From contig NC_068993.1 in assembly GCF_001194135.2 (NCBI RefSeq), positions 42,811,422-42,875,421 on the forward strand: DNA of 64,000 bases, given 5' to 3'. The notes under the pieces are model-generated. The model worked only from the letters and a program-made list of their open reading frames with translations. It searched no databases and was not told the DNA's origin. This DNA comes from Octopus bimaculoides. Its lineage: Eukaryota. Below, one piece after another: positions 10,791 to 23,025 of this stretch (position 1 is the first letter of the stretch; each line of letters starts with the position of its first letter). Made by a program: the position numbers and the translations under genes.

Positions 10791-10948
10791 GCTTCTTCCA
10801 GTTTCCATCTACCAAATCCACTCACAAGGCTTTCGTCGGGCCAAGGCTATAGTAGAAGACACCGACCCAAGATAGCACGCAATGAGACTGAACCTGGAAC
10901 GACGTGGTTGGGAATCAAACTTCTTGTCACACAGACATTCATGCGCCT
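10791..10948 (-). mobile_element. Family A SINE head
   Basis: CTACCAAATCCACTCACAAGGCTTTCGTCGGGCCAAGGCTATAGTAGAAGAC. Confidence 0.8.
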
Positions 10949-11383
10949 TATATATATATACGCGCACGCGTACGCACGCTTACACACACACACACACATA
11001 TAAAAGATATTCTTTGTGCAGGTGCAATGTTTGCTGATAGCAAACCCTATACGCATGTATCAACTGTATATGTTTCGACAAAATTAGAGAAATTAGTATC
11101 TTCAGTTTTACTAGACATCACGTAGGTTCCAACAAATCAGTTAAACATTTGCACAGCAAATTGATTGCAGAGAGATAATTAACAAGTGCCATTGCTTACA
11201 GCACAGTTCTCAGTTCAAGCCTATCAAAAGGTAACTTGCATCTTATCTCTCGTGAATGTGTCAGCAAGTGCGCGTACGTTAGTATATTGAACAGAAAGCT
11301 TCTAAGCTGTGAAGAATGCAATGGCTTTCATTTGTTTTTCTTTCCTTTTTTTTTACCTTTTAAATAAGATTGTTTTATATATA

Positions 11384-11546
11384 GGTGCAGGAGTGGCTGT
11401 GTGTTAAAGAGCTTGCTTACCAACCATATGGTTCAGGGTTCAGTCCCACTGCATGGCACCTTGGACAAGTGTCTTCTACTATAACCTCGGACCAACCAAA
11501 GCCTAGTGAGTGGATTTGGTAGACAGAAACTGAAAGAAACCCGTCG

Positions 11547-11603
<57 letters not shown>

Positions 11604-11824
11604 GCGTGTTTGTTTGTTTCTGTGTCTGTGTTTGTCTCCCCACCATCGCTTGACAACCAATGCTAGTGTGTCTACGTGCCCGTAACCTAGCTGTCTGGCA
11701 AAAGAGACCGATAGTATAAATACTAGGCTTACAGATAAGTCCTGGGGTCGATTTGTTCAACTAAAGGCAGAGCTCCAGCATGGCCGCGGTTAAATGACTG
11801 AAACAAATAAAAGAATAAAAGAAT
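11384..11824 (+). mobile_element. Full-length bipartite SINE (family A head, TA/TG hinge, shared 3' module)
   Basis: GGTGCAGGAGTGGCTGTGTG..GGTTCAGTCCC..GGATTTGGTAGAC..GAAACCCGTCG, then microsatellite, then CCACCATCGCTTGACAACC..CCAGCATGGCCGC..GAAACAAATAAAAGAATAAAAGA. Confidence 0.9.
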
Positions 11825-11834
11825 ATATATATAC

Positions 11835-11905
11835 TTCTCGTAACACGGTTACATAGCATTACTGTGAGAACCGAAGTGAAACGGGTTCGAATTCCGTATA
11901 GCTGA
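11835..11905 (+). other. tRNA-derived relic (T-arm / Pol III B-box); not a complete tRNA
   Basis: ACGGG-TTCGAAT-TCCGT hairpin 11881-11897 and GTAAC-ACG-GTTAC upstream; no acceptor or anticodon stem. Confidence 0.45.
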
Positions 11906-12189
11906 ACTGTTAAGCTAATGGCACAGACTACCAAGCGAGGAGCATAAATATTCCGAGCACTAATGCATTAAACACTCTTTTGGCAAAATTTTGACCTCCT
12001 CGAAGCTATTTCGTTTTTATTTCTACGGTGGTTTTATTCTTTTATTTGTTACATGTGAAAGGTCTTTTATGAGCAAGATATTGTTAAGAGAGAAATAAAT
12101 TCTTTGTTTTTTTTCCTTTGAAAGCTGCATTGCTAACGCCTTATAAACTTTCGATTTATTATCATAATTCACAAAGCTTACAACTGTTT

Positions 12190-12267
<78 letters not shown>

Positions 12268-12629
12268 GGGTGAATAGAGATAGAGAAATTTGTTTGTGTG
12301 TGCGTATGGAGAGAGAGAGAGAGATACTTATGTATACAAATACGCACATACTTATGTACATATATACATAAGTATTTGTATGTGTATATGTTTGTATGTA
12401 TGTATGCATGTATGTATGTATGTGTGTATGTATGTATGTGTGTATGCTACTCAATGAACAAATGAACGGAATTACCACTTTGTCTCCAGATGTCCGGGAC
12501 CTGGTCGCGTATTTATTCACGCCCACGAAACATTAAGAAACATAATAACTTAAGGAGCTAAGTGAAACTGGGACAGAACCAATGTGCAAGTGTGAGCGTG
12601 TGCGTGCGTGTGTGTGCGTTTATGTATGT

Positions 12630-12672
<43 letters not shown>

Positions 12673-12726
12673 TGTTTGTGTGTGTGTGTGTGTGTTTGTG
12701 TGTGTTGGTGTGTGTTGGTGTGTGTC

Positions 12727-13010
12727 GATGCGTAGCCTAGCTATTTGGGTGTTGCACTATATCATAAGTTCGATTCCCGAACGGAAAGGTGCATTGTGTT
12801 CTTAAGCAAAACACTTCATTTTACGTGGCTTTGCGATTATTTCAACATTTGACTTATGCAACTGCAGAAGCAACGTGAATTTGATGGAGTGAGACTATGT
12901 ACAACGCATACATTCGATCGCTATAAACAAATCGTTTGTGCAGGTCGTTCAGGAAGCCCTGAACATTCAAAAGTCGCATTCAACGGAAGAGTCCATTATA
13001 TATATATATG

Positions 13011-13049
<39 letters not shown>

Positions 13050-13259
13050 CTTTCTGTGTTTGTCCCCCCACCATCGCGTCACAACCGATGTTGGTGTGTT
13101 TACGTTCTCATGACTTAACGGATCTGCAAAATGGACCGATAGAAAAAGTACTAGGCTAACAAAGCACAAGTCCTGGGGCTGAGTGCCTCGACTAAAAACC
13201 CTTTAAGGCGGTGCTCCAGCATGGCTGCAGTTGATATAACTGAAAGAAGTAAAAGAATA
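12727..13259 (+). mobile_element. Composite SINE: family D tRNA-derived head, TA/TG hinge, shared 3' module
   Basis: Head matches 44110-44410; 3' part matches 11630-11824. Confidence 0.7.
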
Positions 13260-15557
13260 TATATNNNNNNNNNNNNNNNNNNNNNNNNNNNNNNNNNNNN
13301 NNNNNNNNNNNNNNNNNNNNNNNNNNNNNNNNNNNNNNNNNNNNNNNNNNNNNNNNNNNNNNNNNNNNNNNNNNNNNNNNNNNNNNNNNNNNNNNNNNNN
13401 NNNNNNNNNNNNNNNNNNNNNNNNNNNNNTATATATACGTATATGTACCTACTTACATTTATGTTGTGCGTGTGTTTGTGTGTGTGCATGTGTGCGTGTG
13501 TATGTATGCATATATGTATGTATGCATATGTAAGTGTGTGTGTGAAATGCTCGAACACTCAGTGACAAAGAGACAGGGAAAAATAATACACAAAAAACTA
13601 CAGATTTTTTGTATTCATCCTTGTGCATATTAGCAATAATGTGGAGTGGCACAAAGAGCGAGAAATTGATCAGGAATTGCTGTAGCCTGGATTTAGCTTT
13701 TATTTTTTAAAAACAAATCATTTTCGTAGCTAATTCTCATGAGAAAATAAAGAATGTCACAACTTCACACTTATTTTTCTCAAAACGTCTCAGATCAAAA
13801 GATATGAGATATCGTGCATTTCGCATGTTTGGATGGATGTGTCGCATATAAGCGGTGGATGTGAGTATAATCAATAGCAGGTAGAAGGAAAATGTATAGT
13901 GATGTGTGTGTGATAGCGTACCTGAGTATAATTGTAAAGAGCATTATTTGTATGCCTTTGTTCATTTGTATAGAAGCATTATACACGTCTGCATGCGAGG
14001 AAAGACAAAGTCTATGTATAGATGTTATACGTGTATATATTTCTATGAGTTTTGAAATAATGTCTGTCTCTTTATGTATATATGTATGTAAAAATGTTGC
14101 CATGTTCTTATATGTAGACAATAAATGTGTTGAAAGTGAAAGTGTGTTTTGGAAGGGAACTGTGTATCAATGTATGTAGTTGCATGTAAAAACTTTATTA
14201 TAATGTTAGTATATAGAAGCTGTAATATGTACTGTATGTATAACTGTATGTATATGTGTTTACCTGTGCTTGAAACAGAAGCTATTGAATTATTTTCTAT
14301 CCCTCTCAGCCTACCAAATCTACCTACCAAATATCTATCTGCTTCTGTATCTTTGCTATTCATCTAGCTATCGACTTATCTATCTGTCAATCTGTCAATC
14401 TACCAATCTAACTACCAACATTCGTCAGTATAATTATTTTTAGTTCAAAGGTAATTCAATAATAGATGAGCTCGTAGATATTTTCTATATCTATCAGTTA
14501 ATTAACCTCTCTGTCAGTTTACCTCTCTATCTACATAGTTTTCTAGCTACATGTCTCTCTATCTACACACATATATTATCTATCACTCTATCTATATGTC
14601 TATCAATTTATCTATCTTATTCTTTCTATATTTACATGCTTAGCAGTGTTTAGTTCAACAACAAATTCCATAAAATAGTGAAATGATCTCATAGTGCGAT
14701 AGTTGAAATAAACGCATGTCTATATTCGTGTATATATACATGTGTATGTGTGTGTGCTTGTCTGTACGTCTGTATGTGTGCGCGTGTGCATGTGTATTCG
14801 TATATATGTACGCATGCATTTGTAGGTATATATTTACGTATTGTCATAGAAGTAATGTTTCTGCCTCTCTGTGAGTATAAAAAGCAAAACCACGTGGGGG
14901 TTTTTTTATGGCTTAGTGAGTTGAGAGACTCCGAAATCGGCGGGGAGAAACCAGGTCAGATAATGTGTTATCGAGTTATCAGGATCTCTTCGTAGCAAGC
15001 CTCATTGCTTGAAGTAGCGTGAACCTCTCTGAAAATACTCGCGAGCCATATGCGGGCACTAAACGAGGTGTTCCTTTAAGCTTACCACCTAACAACAGGC
15101 GCAGTCAATCCGGTGCACTCAATCTGGCGGGTTTAAAAATACATCAAGCACGAAATACATTGATTACGTCTGAACCATTTTCATTTCATATAGTATATTC
15201 ATTAAGACTACATTTGTTAGCGTGTATACAACGAGATTTAACCTTATTCTATCGGCTTGGCTTAATTGTGGAATCGTTTTCGATTGATTAGTGTAATTAA
15301 TCTTATAATTAATCCTACTAATCCCATCAAGTTAACTGTTCCGTAAACGGTTTTTACGTATTTTAAATATCTTCCTTTTGTGTTAAATTCGGATTTACGG
15401 AGAAAAGTAAAGTTTGTATGATATGATCTAATCTTATACAGATACACGTGTGTGTATGTGTGCGTGTGCGGGCTTGTGTGTACATATATGCATACACAGG
15501 TACACACACAACATACTCATAGATGTACATTAAAATGTTTCATTTTAACACTATCTG

Positions 15558-15757
15558 TATTCTTTTCTACTCTAGGCACAAGGCCCGAAATTTTTTGGAA
15601 GGGGCCAGTCGATTAGATCGACCCCAGAACGCAACTGGTACTTAATTTATCAACCCCGAAAGGATGAAAGACAAAGATGATCTCGACGGAATTTGAGCTC
15701 AAAGCACAAAAACAGACGAAACATCGCTAAGCATTTCACCTGGCGTGCTTACGTTTA
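15558..15757 (-). mobile_element. Family C SINE
   Basis: TTCTACTCTAGGCACAAGGCCCGAAATT..CGAAAGGATGAAAG..GCTAAGCATTTC. Confidence 0.85.
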
Positions 15758-16433
15758 AGAAATTATTATTTCTTATATTTAATTGTTAATGTTATGATTT
15801 TATTTGCTCCATGTACCCAGACCTTGTGGACACCATGTGTACATATGTATGTATGTATGTATGTATTATCTATCCATCTATCCATCTATCTATCTATAGA
15901 TTTGTCAATCAATCTATCTATCTGTCTAATTCCAGCTTACCTATCTAACTATATTTAGTCGTTTATCTCTGTTCGGTTCAACAACTGATACAGTAATAAA
16001 GTGAAACGGTTTGATAGTGCGATAGTTGGCGAAGTTGTATGTATAAATATGTGTATCGGTATGAGTGCTTGCGTGTATGTATGTATGTATGTATGTATGT
16101 ATGTATGCATGTACGTATGTATGTATGTATTTATGTATGTATGTATGTATGTATGTATGTATGTATGTATGCATGCATGTATGTATGTATGTATGTATGT
16201 AGCATTCTTCAGTTAGGTGTTCAATTAGACCACGTGCCTTAGTAAGTAGTTTGATACCAGTTTGCGTTGATCCAATCTTAGTCACATGATTTAATTTCTA
16301 GCAGCTTGTTGTAATATGGCTTCTCAGAAATTCGTATGAATGGCTTTTTACTGATGATTGACTGACTTCCAGTATACTTCCTTTTTACGGTCCATTTCTA
16401 TTGCCAAACACTTTTCATGTCTTTCTCCTTCTT

Positions 16434-16434
<1 letters not shown>

Positions 16435-16516
<82 letters not shown>
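16435..16516. repeat. (CT)n microsatellite
   Basis: Direct inspection. Confidence 0.95.
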
Positions 16517-16522
<6 letters not shown>

Positions 16523-16883
16523 CTCTTTTTCTCTTTCTCTTTATTTATCTATCTCTATTTGTCTACTTCTTCCCTCATCTATGTGTCGAGCAATGAAGGC
16601 AAATTAAGTGCATTGAGTATGGACGCCATCAGTGATACAATAATATGTGACAAATGAAATCAACCTAATTTGATTCATGTTTCATGTTTTTTAACATGTT
16701 TGCACGAACGCGTAAGTGTGTATGTGTGTGTGTAGTTACGAACGAGCATGCGCGTTTGTGTGTGCCTCAATGTACATGTGCACCTCTGTGTGTACGTGTG
16801 TATACGTGTATGTGGGCGTCTGTCTGTTTGTTCGTGTGTACACGTATGTGTGTATGTGCATGTGTGTGTATGGGCATGTGTGT

Positions 16884-17133
16884 GAAGGCGCGCAGCCGAG
16901 TATTTAGGAGTATTCGGCTCATGATCGTAAGGTCGTGAGTTCAATTCCCGGCGGCGTGTTATGCCCTTGAGCAAGACACTTTATTTCACGTTGCTCCAGT
17001 CCACTCTGCTGGCATAAATGAGTGTCCTGCAACAGACCGGGGTCCCGTCCAGATGGGGAATATATACACCATGAAACCGGGAAACCAGCCTTTATAAGTC
17101 GGCACGATTCAAAAAGGTGACTTTACCTTTACC
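16884..17133 (+). mobile_element. tRNA-derived SINE (family E)
   Basis: A/B-box-like head (GAGTTCAATTCCC), central CCTTGAGCAAGACACTTTATTTCACGTTGCTCCAGTCCACTC, (CTTTAC)n tail. Confidence 0.8.
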
Positions 17134-17718
17134 TAACCTACTTGGTCACCTTTGCATTACATTAACACAGAGTGTCACCTTGTATCTTCCCCGGTATTGA
17201 ACACTGGACACATAGTCTTATATGTCTTTCTTCCATCAATGAAAATCACAATTTTCCATATACCAAACAAGGCTTCATTGATCTTCCCCTTCGAAGTTAT
17301 ACAGAAAACCGCTCCATTTACTTCATCAAAATCGTAACACAAGGATACATAAAAGTCATGATATACTCAAATTATATTTTCTGGGAGTTTATTCATTGTT
17401 TAAATTTCCTATTTGGCGAAAAAAATGTGGAAAATATTTGAAACTTTATCAATTGCTGATATCATTGTTGGTTAGCGTTAAAATTGCCATTATTTGCTGT
17501 TTCGCAGAAAACGTCTGTGTTCGCTTGTTTAGAATGATGTTTATTTTTTCGAACACCTGTCCAAGATTCTTGTGGCCGTGTAAGCTAAACGAAGAAAACA
17601 GGTTGTTACATAAGAAAGCGGATATTTATAAAAATGAAATAGACAAAAATGTCCAACGATAAGCTTTAGTTTTTGCATCTATGAATATGTATATAGAACG
17701 ATGGATAGATAGAAAGAC

Positions 17719-17719
<1 letters not shown>

Positions 17720-17760
<41 letters not shown>

Positions 17761-17801
17761 AGAGAAAGAGAGAGAGAGAGAAAGAGAGAGAGAGAAAGAG
17801 A

Positions 17802-17861
<60 letters not shown>

Positions 17862-17876
17862 AAGTAAAAGAGAGAT
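17720..17876. repeat. Interrupted (AG)n
   Basis: Direct inspection. Confidence 0.95.
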
Positions 17877-18059
17877 GCAGAAAAAAAATGATATAAGATG
17901 TACAGAACGAGCACACATACTAGGCTTGGTGGAGGGAAATGATTAAAGGAATGCAATTCACTCCTCCTCTGTGAATGAGTCAATGAGAGAGAAAGGATCG
18001 TAGATATGGAGGNNNNNNNNNNNNNNNNNNNNNNNNNNNNNNNNGTGGTGGTTGTGGAG

Positions 18060-18150
18060 CAGGAGGAGGAGGACGACGACGAGGAGGAGGACGAGGAGGA
18101 GGACGAGGAGGAGGACGAGGAGGAGGACGAGGAGGAGGACGAGGAGGAGG
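18060..18150. repeat. (GAGGAGGAGGAC)n 12-bp-period repeat
   Basis: Direct inspection. Confidence 0.9.
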
Positions 18151-18510
18151 TTAGGGAGTATAAGTCTAGATAGTTTGGGGGGAAATTATTGAAAATAATA
18201 GAAGTCTTTCTTTTGAAAATTAGCATTGATCTTTATCATTTTGTATAAGCACTAAGAAATTTGCTAAAAGTTAATTATTGTATGTATGCCATATTTCCTG
18301 ATATTATCAAAGGTGACAAAAGTATAATTCCAAAGTTTCCCGTCATATGACGCATAACACTCCGGTAATAATAATAATAATAATAATACATTGTAACTCG
18401 AATCCAGCGCTGTGCACTGTCTGAACACGTCCTCTCTCCTTGAAAGCATAACACCAGAAAACAACAACAACAACAACAACAATAATAATAATAATAATAA
18501 TAATAATAAT

Positions 18511-18766
18511 TATTACCTAGATCAGATTCCAGGAAACCCGAAAATGGCTGAAGTTCAAAAGATAGTGCTCATGGGAACTGCCCATATCCTACGTAAAATA
18601 CTGTCTTATGGTTTCTTAAACATTCACTTGAACAAAACTGTAGAAATCCAAATATATGGTACCCTAGGCATAACACCTACATGAACTTCTAACTTGTTTT
18701 CTCTTGAGGTCTCTGGGTGAGACTTGGATCCAACTTGTACAAATGCAAAACAAAAGTCAAACATAA

Positions 18767-18796
<30 letters not shown>
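18511..18796 (+). mobile_element. 5'-truncated R4/Dong-type (REL-endonuclease) non-LTR retrotransposon 3' end in (TAA)n
   Basis: Translates YLDQIPGNPKMAEVQKIVLMGTAHILRKILS, matching the REL-clade C-terminal motif (LQKxxLLGTAxILRKVL); (AAT)n on both sides (18481-18510 and ~18767-18796). Confidence 0.75.
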
Positions 18797-18797
<1 letters not shown>

Positions 18798-18985
18798 TAC
18801 AAGCGACCGTAAAAATCTGGGGAGGTAAACTGGAATGAGGAGATTGAAACGAGAAATACTCTGCAAAATACTGAGTTCCTTGTTAATAATTAATATAGTT
18901 GTAGACATTTACAGTAACCAACATTCCAAGAATTATGTGGACATACAACAGAAAATGATATCATAGACACTGCATGTGTGTGTGT

Positions 18986-19021
<36 letters not shown>

Positions 19022-19148
19022 GTATCTCTATCTATATGTATATATAAAATATATATAAATTCATGTATGTATAGATATATATGCATATATGTATTATATT
19101 TGTCTATATACTGCGTGTATATGCACATATAAAAAATATAAAGTCATG

Positions 19149-19259
<111 letters not shown>

Positions 19260-19287
19260 GTGCATATATATATATGTATGTATATGG

Positions 19288-19318
<31 letters not shown>

Positions 19319-19989
19319 CATGTATATATGCACATACATATGTATATAAAATATATATGAATTCATGAATATGTATGTATGTATGTATGTTTGTATGTAT
19401 GTATGTATGTATGTATGTATGTATGTATGTACTCCAGTGACTACAGTAGCAAAATACTTTGCTTGTTCTCAAATTACAAAGAAAATAAACGAAAGAAAAT
19501 TATTAAAAAGCACTTATATTAAGCCAGATAAAAAAGAAATGCAGGGATCGGATTGTTAGACCACACGCAGACTTACAAATATTTGTTCTGGGAAAAGAAT
19601 GTGGAGGTGATACAAAAGCATAAGATAACTAAATACCAGGATTTAATACAGAACTGCAGCAAGAATAAGTATTTGATAGTAGGAGTTGATAGTCAAGGGC
19701 TCACCATTCGCACTTCGAATAATGCCTAGGGAATCCTGAGCGTTACAGAATTGAGCCGAAGAGGCATCACGAACAACGCAGAGGTCACTGAGAAAGCATC
19801 TAGGTATCTCTGGCCGAAAAGAGCTGATCAGTGGTGTCAGTAGAATGCTAATTGGACAAAGAGTTAGACTTGATCAACTTTGGTCAGGTCATCTAGGTAA
19901 GAAGGTATGTTGCAAGAGCCGAAACAACAGTGGCTCCAGGACACAGCAGCGATGATGTACCCGAATATTGCATCTGCAGATGTAACTCG

Positions 19990-20370
19990 AACAAGAACTT
20001 AAAGAATGAAACAGCGTACAACATGCATGGATGAAAGAACAAGTGAACAAATAATATTACAGAAGCTTTAGTTGAATATTATAACATAGCTGAATAACAG
20101 AGCTGAAAACCAAAAGGAAGGAGATAGACATAAAGTCTAACTGTTACAATAATAGGTTCTCGTTATAATATTCTCAACCAGAAATTAAGTGAATTAGTAA
20201 ATCGAGAGAAGAAAACCGGAAGCAATAATGAATGCATTTATAATATACCACGTAAAAACCAACAATGAGTGATTAAGTTTACCGCATAATCAAGGAGGTG
20301 GGAACCTTCTTTTACAAGAAAATTATATTCAATATCTACTGAAAGACTACAAATACATTTAGCGAGAAAG
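19990..20370 (+). mobile_element. Highly degenerate R4/Dong-type RT C-terminal relic
   Basis: VQHAWMKEQVNK*YYRSFS*IL (~20016) resembles IQHxxMKEKIRKEYYRRxRxIL; IERRKPEAIMNAFIIYHVKTNNE*LSLPHNQGGGNLL (20201-20311) resembles IDRKTRKxxTxxxxHHPKADxxRLYLPRxxGGRGL. Multiple stops. Confidence 0.6.
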
Positions 20371-21537
20371 AAGAGAAAACAAATAACAAAACCACGCTCA
20401 TCATTTCAGTAACAATATGTTGGATTTAAGTTACGTGGAAGAGTCGACGATGTTATCTATGTTCTTGACAACTCGGCTACCTGATTTACGGCGTGCCCCA
20501 AAGAAAACCTTTACACTATTGCAATGGACGTTTCCACTTTGAAATATTTCATGTCATGTGGGAATTCTTAACAGCAAGTGTGTGCAAACTTGTGATTACG
20601 TCAAACTGTCAACAGTCTTCTTTCGGAGAACTATGAAATTAAGGAGTGCTTGCGTGTTGTTGTTGTTGTTGTTGTTGGTACTGCTGCTGTTTCTACTGTT
20701 GTAGATGCTGTTATTGTTCGTGTTGTCATTGTATTGTTGTTTCCATGTTTTCTTTATTTTTTCTTTAATTTTTCTTATATTTTGTTTTTGTTGTGGTTGT
20801 TGCGGTTGCATATTAAGTGGTTTGTTCTTCTCATTGCTTTTTTTTTTACACTTTCATTCCTTGTGTTGCGTAAATTGTTGGACTGCGACAAGAACGGTAT
20901 TGGAGTTGACGGCAGATGGAATATTGACTAGCGAAATCTAACTTTTTCATAAGAATCAGAAAAGAACGCACTCCAAACTGGTCGGCCTACTTTTGGGACA
21001 AGGTACGACGGTTAGGCGGTAGTACGCCACTGAGATTATGTATGCATTCGATACTTCCGTCATACCTTTCATAGACAGCTTCCATTTTTGTATGAGATTT
21101 CATAGACAGCTTCTATTTTTTTATGAGATTGGCAACTCTGCTCGTAACCTTTCCCCAGCTACTACCTGCCTGGCAACTTGGTCCGAACCAGACTTCGAAC
21201 ACTTTCACCTCTCAGTCCAGCGAGAGAAATCGCTGCGACTTAATACGGACTTGCCTCTACAAGAGCCTAGTTGCAAACCCACTGATTTTATCTGTACTCT
21301 CTGCTCCTGTACAAACGAGGTATTCTCTCATTATAGTGCGATCACTTGACCAGGAATTTTCGGGAGAGGAGAGAAAGTCTATTACATCGAATGCATTACC
21401 AACATGGGGCAGTATTTTAGCGTCTCTGAGGAGATGGAAGGCGAAGTCGAAATGGGTTTCAGAACGTAAAACTCCAGACGAAACGCTGGTAAATATTTTA
21501 TACGACGCTCTAAAAATTTTACCAATTCACTATCATA

Positions 21538-21543
21538 ATAATG

Positions 21544-21575
<32 letters not shown>

Positions 21576-21576
21576 G

Positions 21577-21638
<62 letters not shown>
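21538..21638. repeat. (GAT)n(AAT)n compound microsatellite
   Basis: Direct inspection. Confidence 0.95.
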
Positions 21639-21810
21639 TTATGATAATAATTCATTTTTATTGCCAGAAAGACAACGAATGAAAGACAATACTCAAACAA
21701 ATTATAAACAATGGAGGTTTTACATCGACTATTAAGGAAAAGCAACACATGGACGCGTATAGTCATATGAAAACACGCATACACACAGAGAAGCATGTGT
21801 ACACACACAC

Positions 21811-21841
<31 letters not shown>

Positions 21842-22368
21842 TATATATACGGACATACACACGCGTGCACGCACGCACACATACATAAATATGTGTGTGT
21901 GTGTTTGTTCTATATACACATATATGTATATGTATACATGTTTGTATATATATATGAGTGTATTTTTGTGTGTAACTGTTTTTATGCGAGTTTGTCCACC
22001 TAAAATAATAATAATGAATTTATAGACTGGTTGTGGGAGAAACGATATTATGAGTTACCAAAAAAATAAATAAATAGAAATAACAAAAACAAAAGGCAGC
22101 GTGTAAGCAAATTTGTGTTATAACGTGTTTAGGTTTGGAGACTAATTCAGAAAAGTCGCTATAATACCGCATAAAACAGAGATATGATTCAATATAATAG
22201 CTAGAAACATAGCAGAAGCTATTAAATGGATTATTGATATGATAGCAAGACTGTTGTTGCTGTAAATATATTATTGTATGTCAGTATATAAAGTGAATGA
22301 AAACGCATGATTGCTCTTAAGCACATCTGCTTGTATGTGTGGCACAGATATTTAGGTAGGATGGCGAG

Positions 22369-22369
<1 letters not shown>

Positions 22370-22438
<69 letters not shown>

Positions 22439-22807
22439 CATACATACATACATACATACATACATACATACAATGTGAGTTGGTACATAGAATGAGAGTT
22501 TAATACATAAAATGGTAATGAAATACATAGATAGGTAGATGCATACTTAAACTGATAGATGGATGCATAGATAGACAGATAGATACATAGGTAGAGATAG
22601 GTAGATATATACATACATGCATGCATGCATACATACATACATACATACATAAATACATACATACATACATACATACATAACTACATACATACATGCATAC
22701 ATACATACATGCATATATATATATACACATTCATACAATGCGAGTTAATGCATAAATTGAGAGTGAGATAAATAGGTAAGTAGATGCATACATGGATTGA
22801 TAAATAG

Positions 22808-22869
<62 letters not shown>

Positions 22870-22890
22870 GTAGATAGATAGATAGATAGC
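22370..22890. repeat. Compound (ATAG)n/(ATAC)n tract
   Basis: Direct inspection. Confidence 0.9.
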
Positions 22891-22978
22891 GGAAGATGAA
22901 GTTATATTAGATATTCGTATTAAAGAGTGAGGAAGAAGACAAAGTATGCATGGCAAGGATAGAAAGTGATAGTGAGTG

Positions 22979-23025
<47 letters not shown>

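Noticed and set aside
16884-16960. tRNA genes at SINE heads
   Set aside because: A/B boxes are present but no cloverleaf forms, and they continue into SINE bodies.
20596-21644. Several 70-170 aa ORFs on both strands
   Set aside because: Partly low-complexity, with no recognisable family or consistent splice structure.
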